DNA from: Myxococcota bacterium
GTDB lineage: Bacteria > Myxococcota > SpSt-1050
DNA: 17,396 nt
Reading direction: 5' to 3'
NCBI GenBank assembly: GCA_049969675.1
Contig: JBMFOP010000068.1
Coordinates: 1-17,396, forward strand
Below are positions 1 to 7,799 of the stretch, in pieces. Made by a program: the position numbers and the translations under genes. Numbering within the stretch: the stretch's first letter is position 1; each line of letters starts with the position of its first letter. The notes under the pieces were generated by a model. That model was not told the origin of the DNA and did not search any database. It saw only the letters and a program-made list of their open reading frames with translations.

Positions 1-176
1 CACAAAATCAATTATAAATCTGGAGGGAGTTTATGAGATATTTACCTAATCTAATCGATTTTTTAAATGAAATTTGCCTGATTCGGCATAGCCGAATCCA
101 AAATTCTTGAAATATCTTCTCCACATTTTGCGTAGAAGTTATATGATTAAAAATCTAATAAATTAAAATATTTATG

Positions 177-204
177 TTGACCTGGATTAAAATCTATACA
201 TAAT
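177..204 (+). promoter_or_regulatory. Putative sigma70-type promoter for the batBC-D-E unit
   Basis: TTGACC (177-182), 16-nt spacer, CATAAT (199-204), 18 nt upstream of ATG 223; AT-rich context lowers specificity. Confidence 0.4.
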
Positions 205-222
205 CTGTTTATAGTTTTTGCT

Positions 223-1917
223 ATGTTTAGATTTAATCATCTGGAATACATAATTTTATTTGTATTATCTATTTTGCTCCTTATTTATTTAATAAGGAAA
301 TATGATGTTTATAAGGAGAAATTGCTCAAAATATTTACCGAAGATATCTTATATAGAATAACCAGAAATTATAATTTGAAAAGGACATTAATTTACCTTG
401 TTGTATCCTCAACTGCACTTATTATTATGTCAATAGGAATTATGTCGCCGCAATTCGGTAAAAGAGTCCGTGATGTAAAGAAAAAGGGAATTGATATTGT
501 TATAGCACTGGATGTATCAAAGTCTATGCTCGCTCAGGATATTGTCCCGAGCAGGCTTGAGAGGGCAAAGCTTGAACTATCCAATCTTATATCCCAACTA
601 AAAGGTGACAGGGTAGGTGTAATACTCTTTGCAGGTCAGGCATTTATGCAGGTCCCACTTACTACAGATTATGATGCAGCAAGATTATTCTTAAAGAAGG
701 TAGGTGTAGATTCTGTACCTATTCAGGGGACAAATTTCAAAGCGGCATTTGCCCTCGCAAAGGATATGTTTACGAATAGTCAGCAGACCTCCGGAGCAAA
801 GGTTCTTCTTCTCCTGACAGATGGAGAGGACCACGAAGGAAATTTTGAACAGATAATTGAAGAATTTAAGACACTCGGAATAAGGGTATATGCAATTGGA
901 ATAGGAACAATATCAGGTGAACCGGTACCAGACGATACCGAGACCGGAAAGGCATATAAGAAGGATAAGACAGGGCAGATCGTGGTTAGTAGATTAAACG
1001 AAGGTTTATTGAAGAGGATTACTTCCGCAACCGGTGGTATATATATTCAGGGTGGAAATAATGAGATAGGTCTCCCTTTAATTCTGGATGAGATTAAAGG
1101 TTTAAAGAAGGGTGAGATTAGTACTAAAGAGGTCTATGACTATCTGGATAGATACTGGATATTTGCGCTCTTATCTTTATTGTTGCTCGTCTATGCATTT
1201 CTGATACTCCCTTTTACAAACAGGAAGGGAATTACAGTGCACCAGATAATTTTGTTGATTGTATCTCTCTTTATTAGCGGTTTTTCTCCCTTTTTAAGGG
1301 AGAATCCAGAGACCAGAATGGGTAATGAGTTATATGAAAAAGGAAAGTTTAGTGAGGCATCTGAACAATATGATAAGGCGATGAAAAAAATTAATAAAGA
1401 GCCGCTTCTTCACTTCAATAAGGCAGCATCATTGATCAAAGATAAGAAGTATAATGAGGCCTATGATGAACTCAGAAAGGCATTAACGGGAGCCGATGAT
1501 AAGACAAAATCAAAGATTTATTATAATATGGGGAATCTGTTTTTAGAACAGCAAAAGTATGATGAGGCGATTGATTCTTATATAAAGTCCATTCAGCACG
1601 ATAGAGGATTTATTGAACCGAAACATAATCTTGAAATGGTATTGAGGATGATGAAAGAGCAGAAGGATCAGGAACAGAAGAAAAATGAAGATAAGCAGGA
1701 TAAGAAGGAGAAGCAGAAGAAGGAGGAGGAGAAGGAAAAGGAGGCGGATAAGCAGGATAAACAGCAGAATGAAAAGCCCGAGGAACAGAAGGAGAGGATG
1801 GATATGGCAAAGGCTGAACAGTTGCTTGATTCCCTTAAGGATAAAGAGACAGAACAGCCATTTAGCAGATTTTTATTAAAGGAATTTTCAGATACAAATG
1901 TTGAAAAGGATTGGTGA
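223..1917 (+). CDS. batB: BatB-BatC fusion: membrane-anchored vWA domain protein fused to TPR repeats and a K/E/Q-rich tail
   Basis: N-terminal TM segments, vWA MIDAS motif DVSKSM, 'PSRLERAK', 'GDRVGVILFAG', 'VPLTTDY', 'LLTDGEDH'; then TM pair, TPRs (GNELYEKGKFSEA..., YYNMGNLF...), low-complexity K/E/Q/D tail and terminal 'EKDW' typical of BatC. Confidence 0.88.
   Translation: MFRFNHLEYIILFVLSILLLIYLIRKYDVYKEKLLKIFTEDILYRITRNYNLKRTLIYLVVSSTALIIMSIGIMSPQFGKRVRDVKKKGIDIVIALDVSKSMLAQDIVPSRLERAKLELSNLISQLKGDRVGVILFAGQAFMQVPLTTDYDAARLFLKKVGVDSVPIQGTNFKAAFALAKDMFTNSQQTSGAKVLLLLTDGEDHEGNFEQIIEEFKTLGIRVYAIGIGTISGEPVPDDTETGKAYKKDKTGQIVVSRLNEGLLKRITSATGGIYIQGGNNEIGLPLILDEIKGLKKGEISTKEVYDYLDRYWIFALLSLLLLVYAFLILPFTNRKGITVHQIILLIVSLFISGFSPFLRENPETRMGNELYEKGKFSEASEQYDKAMKKINKEPLLHFNKAASLIKDKKYNEAYDELRKALTGADDKTKSKIYYNMGNLFLEQQKYDEAIDSYIKSIQHDRGFIEPKHNLEMVLRMMKEQKDQEQKKNEDKQDKKEKQKKEEEKEKEADKQDKQQNEKPEEQKERMDMAKAEQLLDSLKDKETEQPFSRFLLKEFSDTNVEKDW
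1650..1800 (+). repeat. Low-complexity purine-rich coding stretch (K/E/Q/D linker of the BatC part)
   Basis: Runs of gagaag/aaggag and the repeated 'gataagcaggataa'; encodes KEQKDQEQKKNEDKQDKKEKQKKEEEKEKEADKQDKQQ. Confidence 0.7.
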
Positions 1918-3688
1918 AATATTACTTTTGATTCTGCTCCTGATGCAGGTTGAGCTCTATGCAGAAGAAGTACAGGTAGAGGCATCTGTTAACTCCGATG
2001 AGGTAGGACTTGATGACACACTGATTTATACACTTACCATATCCTATGGTTTTAACTCAGAGCCTTCTCAGATAAAATTCCCTGATTTTCAGGGCTTTAA
2101 AAAGATATCGCAGAGCGAATCCAGCAGTATGAATATTGTAATTGGGAGTGGACAGACATTTTCAAAAGTAAAGACCTATGATATCCAGCTCCTCCCCAAT
2201 AAGACCGGGGTGATTGAGATTAAGCCAGCGGTTGTGGTGATAAAGGGGAAAGTCTATCAGACGAGACCCATTAAGGTTACTGTACTTCCAGCCTCAAAGG
2301 GGAAACAACAGAAGCCGAAGAGCGGAACTCTAAAAAGGCTCTTTCAGTCCCCTTTTGATATTGATGATTTACCTTCGCCATCTTTGGTGAAAGAGGATGA
2401 TATATTGCTTCAGGCAGTAGTGGATAAGAAGAATCTGTATGCAGGCGAGGAGATGATATTTTCTCTCTTTCTTTATAGCACTGTCCCGATCTATGAGATT
2501 GAGCAATTAAATATCCCGAAGTTTGATAATGCGTGGGTTGAAGATATATATACCCCTCAACGTTTTACCTCCGAACAGAAGATGGTAGGAAATAAAGTGT
2601 ATAATGTCTATCTTTTGAGGAGGAAGGCGGTATTCCCGAATAAGGCTGGTATCTATGAGATTGAACCATCATCTATTACTCTAAGCGTGGTCTCGGGTTT
2701 TAATCAGAAGAGGATTATCAGGCAGACAGAACCGATTAAGATAGATGTAAAGCCTCTTCCAGAGAGGGATATGCCAGAGGGTTTTCCAGTATATAATGTG
2801 GGTGAATATAAGATAAGTTTTTCTCTCTCGCCAAATGTACAGCCAATGGATAAGCCTTTTACATTGAAGATTCTGATAGAGGGGAAGGGTAATATCAACT
2901 CATTTACTATCCCAAAACTCAAGGACAATCCAGACCTCAGATTTTATGACCCCGTAGTAAAGACTGATGTGCAGACTGATAATAAGATATTTGGTGGGAA
3001 GAAAAACTACGAATTTTTAATCTTCGCAAAGAGGAAGGGAAGGATTACACTTCCAGCCTTTGATATTGTCTATTTCAGACCGGATACAGCAACTTATGAA
3101 AAGGTAACCATTTCAAATCTGAATATTGAGGCAACGGAGGCAGAGGGTTCTCAGACAGTGATGAAAAGCATAGCCTCTTCAAATTCCGATAGAGGGTATA
3201 GTATAAGATTTATAAATCAGGTAGGGAGTGGATTTTATGGACTGAGATTGAATACATTTTTTTTATTAGTACTGCTTTTCCCGGGAATTTTTCTAATAAT
3301 CTGGCTCTCGGATATTGGTAAGTCACTGTATATGTATCTGGGATTTGATTCTGATATCAAAAGAAGGAGAAAGAGGCTTAAAGGATATATTGTAGAGTCC
3401 GGGAGATATTATGCACAAGGAGAATTACAAAAGTATATTTTCAGCATCTATCTTGCCCTTGCAGAGCTTTTGATGATTAGATTCGGATTAAATATAAAAG
3501 GATTGACAAGAGAGAATTTGAAACAGGGATTGATGGATAAGGGTGCAACAGAGGAGATGATTAAAGATATTGATACAATTCTGGATATTTATGATTTTGT
3601 TAAATTTTCAAAGGTGGATTCGTTCAACTACGACCTAAGTCTTATAAGAGAGAAGTTTAATTCATTATTAAAAGAGTGCGGAGAATGA
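1898..3688 (+). CDS. batD: BatD family protein (Ig-like beta-sandwich repeats, C-terminal TM)
   Basis: Signal peptide, 'VEASVNSDEV', 'YQTRPIKVTVLP', 'AVVDKKNLYAGE', 'VKPLP', 'VGEY', 'IEGKGNI', C-terminal TM; directly after batBC with 20-nt overlap. Confidence 0.88.
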   Translation: MLKRIGEILLLILLLMQVELYAEEVQVEASVNSDEVGLDDTLIYTLTISYGFNSEPSQIKFPDFQGFKKISQSESSSMNIVIGSGQTFSKVKTYDIQLLPNKTGVIEIKPAVVVIKGKVYQTRPIKVTVLPASKGKQQKPKSGTLKRLFQSPFDIDDLPSPSLVKEDDILLQAVVDKKNLYAGEEMIFSLFLYSTVPIYEIEQLNIPKFDNAWVEDIYTPQRFTSEQKMVGNKVYNVYLLRRKAVFPNKAGIYEIEPSSITLSVVSGFNQKRIIRQTEPIKIDVKPLPERDMPEGFPVYNVGEYKISFSLSPNVQPMDKPFTLKILIEGKGNINSFTIPKLKDNPDLRFYDPVVKTDVQTDNKIFGGKKNYEFLIFAKRKGRITLPAFDIVYFRPDTATYEKVTISNLNIEATEAEGSQTVMKSIASSNSDRGYSIRFINQVGSGFYGLRLNTFFLLVLLFPGIFLIIWLSDIGKSLYMYLGFDSDIKRRRKRLKGYIVESGRYYAQGELQKYIFSIYLALAELLMIRFGLNIKGLTRENLKQGLMDKGATEEMIKDIDTILDIYDFVKFSKVDSFNYDLSLIREKFNSLLKECGE

Positions 3689-4437
3689 AAATAAAAGATT
3701 ATTATGTATTTTTGCTTACTCTGTCCAGTTTGTGGTTGTGTGGTTTTGCTGATATGTCAGAGGGGAATAGACTATTTTTATCCTCTGATTATAAGGGGGC
3801 TATTCAGAAGTACAGGGAGATTGCAGATAGAGGTGTGGAGGATGCAAATCTATTTTTTAATCTCGGGACATCTTATCTTTATTCTGGAGAATATGGAAAT
3901 GCGATATATTGGTATTATAGGACTATGCTTCTAAATGGTATTTCTGAGGATATAAAGAGAAATATCAGGCTTGCTGTAGAGGGACTGGAGGAAGAAGGAA
4001 TTGTATATTCTGGTGCAGATTCAATACTATTTGATTATATTGTGAAATATTATCATCCCGCCCTCTCTGTCGTATTTATTATTTTGATCAATCTATTATT
4101 TTTTATCTTGATTTTGAAGAGGTTTTTATTGATAAAGAGAGGTATGAAGGCTCTTATTTCCGTATTATCGTTATTGGTCATTATTCTTACCCTTTTTGTA
4201 GGTTTGCGATTTACTTTTGTGCATCTACAGACGAGGGGAATTATTATTGTAAAAACCGCAGATATAAAGGAGGGTCCGTCAGAGGTATATAAAACTTTGT
4301 CTCAGATAAACGAAGGAATGATGGTGAGGGTCAAAGAGAGGTATCAGGATTTCCTTTTGATAGAGGTACCAGATAGTAAGAGAAAAGGCTGGGTATTATC
4401 TGAACAGGTAGGTATACTAAGGACAGACAAATTATAA
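3685..4437 (+). CDS. batE: BatE-like protein (TPR, two TM, SH3b-like C-terminus)
   Basis: ATG 3685 overlaps batD stop (ATGA), preferred over GTG 3676; TPR 'GNRLF...YKGAIQKY', 'LFFNLGTSY'; C-terminal 'IKEGPS...INEGMMVRV...KGWV'; synteny after batD. Confidence 0.82.
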   Translation: MKIKDYYVFLLTLSSLWLCGFADMSEGNRLFLSSDYKGAIQKYREIADRGVEDANLFFNLGTSYLYSGEYGNAIYWYYRTMLLNGISEDIKRNIRLAVEGLEEEGIVYSGADSILFDYIVKYYHPALSVVFIILINLLFFILILKRFLLIKRGMKALISVLSLLVIILTLFVGLRFTFVHLQTRGIIIVKTADIKEGPSEVYKTLSQINEGMMVRVKERYQDFLLIEVPDSKRKGWVLSEQVGILRTDKL

Positions 4438-4916
4438 TGACAGAACAGACGACAACATTATTCAGTGGGTTCAGTGATGAAGAGATAGAGAAACTCAAGT
4501 CCTATATGGAACCAAAGAGGTTTAAGCCTCTTGAGGCGATTTTTCTGGAGGAGATGGAGGGGAATGCCATATATCTGGTAAAGGAGGGGACAGTAAAGAT
4601 ATCCAAGATTTCAGACGATGAAGAGCATGAGAATAGCAAAGAGACGGAGAGGGTAATGACATATTTCAGGTCCGGGGATATCTTTGGTGAGATGAGTTTT
4701 ATAGATGACCTGCCGAGGTCTGCCTCTGCATATGCGGTAGAGGAGACTGAGCTATATGTCTTTAAGAGGACTGACTTTGACCGTATGATAGAGGAAGACC
4801 CGAGGTTTGCAATAAAAGTTCTTATGAATATTGCACGTATTATCAGTCAGAGATTGAGAAGGACAGATGAGATACTTATATATCTTGCTACCCAGCTGGA
4901 TATCTATTTTACATAA
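4437..4916 (+). CDS. Stand-alone cyclic nucleotide-binding domain protein (Crp-like sensor domain without HTH)
   Basis: 'LFSGFSDEE', 'IYLVKEGTVKI', phosphate-binding cassette 'GDIFGEMSFIDDLPRSASAYA', C-helix 'ISQRLRRTD'; ends at 159 aa with no HTH; TAATG overlap with batE stop. Confidence 0.9.
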   Translation: MTEQTTTLFSGFSDEEIEKLKSYMEPKRFKPLEAIFLEEMEGNAIYLVKEGTVKISKISDDEEHENSKETERVMTYFRSGDIFGEMSFIDDLPRSASAYAVEETELYVFKRTDFDRMIEEDPRFAIKVLMNIARIISQRLRRTDEILIYLATQLDIYFT

Positions 4917-5011
4917 AATATGACATATTTTACACACCCAATATCTTTGACTCATATTAATTTTAAGCAGTGTAGATTTAGTAATATTATAGAGATAGGG
5001 AGGCAGATTTT

Positions 5012-5599
5012 ATGAAGCAATTATTTTTATTACCACTTTTGGTTATGTTGCCAATAATCTCATCCTTTGCCGAAGAGGAGAAGGCATCTGATGTAATACT
5101 CAAGTATTCAGATAAAGTAAAAACAATTGTAAAGAAGAATATCTCACTGGAGAAGAAGAAGGCAGAGATTAAGAAGGTGGTGGATGAGATCCTTGATTAT
5201 AATGAACTTGCAAAACGTTCGCTCGGAAGACATTACAGGGATAGGTCTCAGGAGGAGATTGAGAAATTCAATAAATTGATGAGGGAACTCATAGAGACAT
5301 CTTATCTAAAAAAGATTACCTCCACTGTGGATTATACCTTGAAGATATTATCAGAAGATGATGAGGAGGGTGAGAAGATTGTAAATACAGAGATAAGTGC
5401 AAAGGAGGGGAAGGTTCAGGTAGGATTTGCGGTATTTAAGAGAGATAATAAATGGGTGGTTTATGACCTGATTATAGACGATGTCTCAACGCTCAAGAAT
5501 TACAAATCTGAATTCAATAAGATTATTAAAGAGCAGGGATTTAATATGGTTATAAAGAAGATGGAGAATAAACTCTCTGAACTTAAAGATGAAAAATAG
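5012..5599 (+). CDS. mlaC: MlaC/Ttg2D family phospholipid-binding periplasmic protein
   Basis: Signal peptide, 'LDYNELAKRSLGRHY', 'WVVYDLIIDDVSTLKNYKSEFNKII' (MlaC signature); SD gggagg upstream. Confidence 0.88.
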   Translation: MKQLFLLPLLVMLPIISSFAEEEKASDVILKYSDKVKTIVKKNISLEKKKAEIKKVVDEILDYNELAKRSLGRHYRDRSQEEIEKFNKLMRELIETSYLKKITSTVDYTLKILSEDDEEGEKIVNTEISAKEGKVQVGFAVFKRDNKWVVYDLIIDDVSTLKNYKSEFNKIIKEQGFNMVIKKMENKLSELKDEK

Positions 5600-5942
5600 G
5601 TTAACTGGCATATTGATGCTCGTAAGTATTGTATTTGTCTTCTCCTTTATATTTCCTTTTGAACGCAATATTGCGGTTGAGATAGATAAAAGATACACAA
5701 CGGGTATAAAAGAGATAGATATAATCTTTTTCAAAGATAATAAAATGGCTTATGAAAAGAGGTATTTTCCTGAGGAGAATTTTTTCAGATTCCATAAAGG
5801 TATAGAGGATAAGATTAGACTTTCCAGAGGTAGATATGACCTCAAGGTATATCTCATCTATAGAGATGATTATATTCTCAAAGAGAAGGAACTCAATATT
5901 GGTATAAAAGACTTTACAAAGGTCATAATGATAGGAGAGTAG
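5589..5942 (+). CDS. Hypothetical protein, N-terminal membrane anchor plus small beta-rich domain
   Basis: 117-aa ORF overlapping mlaC stop by 11 nt; hydrophobic N-terminus; 'IRLSRGRYDLKVYL' beta-sandwich-like motif; codon usage like neighbours. Confidence 0.65.
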   Translation: MKNRLTGILMLVSIVFVFSFIFPFERNIAVEIDKRYTTGIKEIDIIFFKDNKMAYEKRYFPEENFFRFHKGIEDKIRLSRGRYDLKVYLIYRDDYILKEKELNIGIKDFTKVIMIGE

Positions 5943-5960
5943 GAGGATATTATAACAAAG

Positions 5961-6390
5961 CACTGCTGTCCGGAATGATCTGCTTTGAAAAGTTAACTGT
6001 TTGTAAAATAAGGGCTTTAGAGAGATAAATCCATATTTTCAAAATCAGGTTACCACACTTTTCAATACACTATCTATTAAAATGCTGCCCAACTTAAATA
6101 CCCTCCAATGTTATTAACCATAAATCAGGTACCCATTATTAAGACCAAAAAGTGTTTGTAGAATTTTGTTTGCCAGTTAATGATCTTTTTCAATAATTAC
6201 AGAGTGGCCTGTTTCACCAGAGTATGCCTGCATATTCCAATTAAAAATTTGCTTACGCCAATCATAGATTTGTTGAAAGATACTAATATACTTGCTCATA
6301 GGAACCCTCCTTTCAGGGTTTTTTGATTGACAAAATAGTTCTACCCTGCTGTGGCTCCTATATCAAAAAAATTTATTTTGGACAGATGTG
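5961..6390 (-). mobile_element. Non-autonomous, internally deleted IS4-family element (MITE-like, 430 bp)
   Basis: Imperfect terminal inverted repeats: CACTGCTGTCCGGAATGA at 5961 and (reverse complement) CACATCTGTCCAAAATAA at 6390; SD GAAAGGAGG + ATG at 6299 (MSKYISIFQQIYD...); first ~95 bp about 85% identical to 14389-14480, which leads into an IS4/DUF4372-like transposase fragment. No clear target-site duplication. Confidence 0.75.
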
Positions 6391-6436
6391 TTTTTGGATA
6401 TACATTTTACTATTTCATTTATATTTTATTAAATAA

Positions 6437-6465
6437 TTGACTACAATTAACTTTTATTTTATAAG
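6437..6465 (+). promoter_or_regulatory. Putative sigma70-type promoter for the amidohydrolase-to-lptB block
   Basis: TTGACT (6437-6442), 17-nt spacer, TATAAG (6460-6465), 13 nt before ATG 6479. Confidence 0.45.
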
Positions 6466-6478
6466 TTAATGCTAATTT

Positions 6479-7798
6479 ATGGACCTTATTATAGAAAATG
6501 CCAGCATAATTACAATGGACAGTACAGATACTGTCCTGAATGGTTCTATATTGATTAAAGATGGTATTATAAAGTCTATCGGGCGAATAAATAAAAAGGG
6601 GATAAAATCTACCTGTGAGGTGATTGATGCAGAAGGTGCATTTGTCCTGCCGGGCTTTATTCAGACGCATATTCACACAGGACAGACCTTGTTTAGAGGT
6701 ATGGCTGATGACCTTGATCTTTTAGAATGGCTCTCAAAGCATATATGGCGATACGAGGCGGCTCATAATAAGGAGTCGGTATATGCAAGTGCGCGGCTCT
6801 CCATTCTGGAGATGATTTCATCTGGGACGACTACATTTCTGGATATAGGACTTGTCCACAATGTTGAATCAATCTTTATGGCATTAAAGGAGTCTGGTGC
6901 AAGGGGCGTGGTGTGTAAGATGCTTATGGATAGTAAAGGACACCCGGAAGGACTTGGTGAGGATATAACAAAATCAGAGTCAGAGATTAGATATCTATTT
7001 CCAGAATATCACAGGTCTGAAGGTGGCAGATTGATGCTCGGAATTGGACCGAGGTTTGCCCTTTCGGTAAGTAAGGAGTCTCTCATCAGGGCCTCGGGTT
7101 TGGCAAAGGAACTCGGATTAATTATCACCACCCATAGTTCGGAGAATATCCGTGAGGTGATGATGGTTAAAGACCTGTTTAATGATTCAAATATTGCCTA
7201 TCTTTATAAATGCGGGCTGTTAAATAAAAATTCTATTATTGCCCATTGTATCTGGCTTGAGAGGGGAGATTATGATTTGTTGAGAGATACTCAGACATCT
7301 GTTGCACATTGTCCCTCTGCCAATCTTAAACTTGCATCCGGCTTTGCAAGGATTCCGGAGATGCTTGAAAGCGGTATAAATGTGACATTAGGTGCAGATG
7401 GTGCCCCCTGCAATAATAATCTGAATATGTTAACAGAGATGAGAATTGCGGCCCTTATTCATAAGCCGAGGGTTGGGCCTAAGAAGATGGATGCAAAGAG
7501 TATTTTAAAGATGGCAACTATCAATGGGGCAAAGGCTCTGGGGTTGGATGATGAGATAGGTTCTATTGAGATAGGTAAAAAGGCAGATCTGATTGTAATA
7601 AGAAATGATAGTCCACATATGAATCCTTTTGACAATCCATATTCGGCTATAGTCTATTCCTCAGATAGGTCAGATGTAAGTTATGTTATTGTAGATGGAA
7701 GGATAATTTATAGGGATGGCTGGCATTTTCAATGGGATAGGGACGAGGTGGTAAAAAGGGCAGTGGAAGAGAAGAAGAAATTACTGAAGAGGCTCTGA
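6479..7798 (+). CDS. Amidohydrolase of the 5'-deoxyadenosine / MTA-SAH deaminase (MtaD/TrzA-like) family
   Basis: 'VLPGFIQTHIH' (HxH metal site), 'LFRGMADDLDLLEWL', 'SGTTT', 'THSSE', 'AHCPSANLKLASG', 'GADGAPCNN', 'MATINGAKALG', 'GKKADL'. Confidence 0.9.
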   Translation: MDLIIENASIITMDSTDTVLNGSILIKDGIIKSIGRINKKGIKSTCEVIDAEGAFVLPGFIQTHIHTGQTLFRGMADDLDLLEWLSKHIWRYEAAHNKESVYASARLSILEMISSGTTTFLDIGLVHNVESIFMALKESGARGVVCKMLMDSKGHPEGLGEDITKSESEIRYLFPEYHRSEGGRLMLGIGPRFALSVSKESLIRASGLAKELGLIITTHSSENIREVMMVKDLFNDSNIAYLYKCGLLNKNSIIAHCIWLERGDYDLLRDTQTSVAHCPSANLKLASGFARIPEMLESGINVTLGADGAPCNNNLNMLTEMRIAALIHKPRVGPKKMDAKSILKMATINGAKALGLDDEIGSIEIGKKADLIVIRNDSPHMNPFDNPYSAIVYSSDRSDVSYVIVDGRIIYRDGWHFQWDRDEVVKRAVEEKKKLLKRL

Positions 7799-7799
7799 T

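Noticed and set aside
1610..1985. ORFs 1610-1810(-), 1668-1985(-), 1685-1879(+; poly-Arg)
   Set aside because: Shadow frames of the low-complexity K/E/Q linker of BatBC.
5486..5963. Minus-strand ORFs 5486-5734 and 5601-5963
   Set aside because: Antisense to mlaC and the coupled 117-aa gene; no motifs.
5943..6478. CRISPR array, riboswitch or tRNA in the large intergenic gaps (also 14382-14792)
   Set aside because: No regularly spaced direct repeats, cloverleaf or recognisable aptamer; both gaps are explained by IS4-derived sequence.
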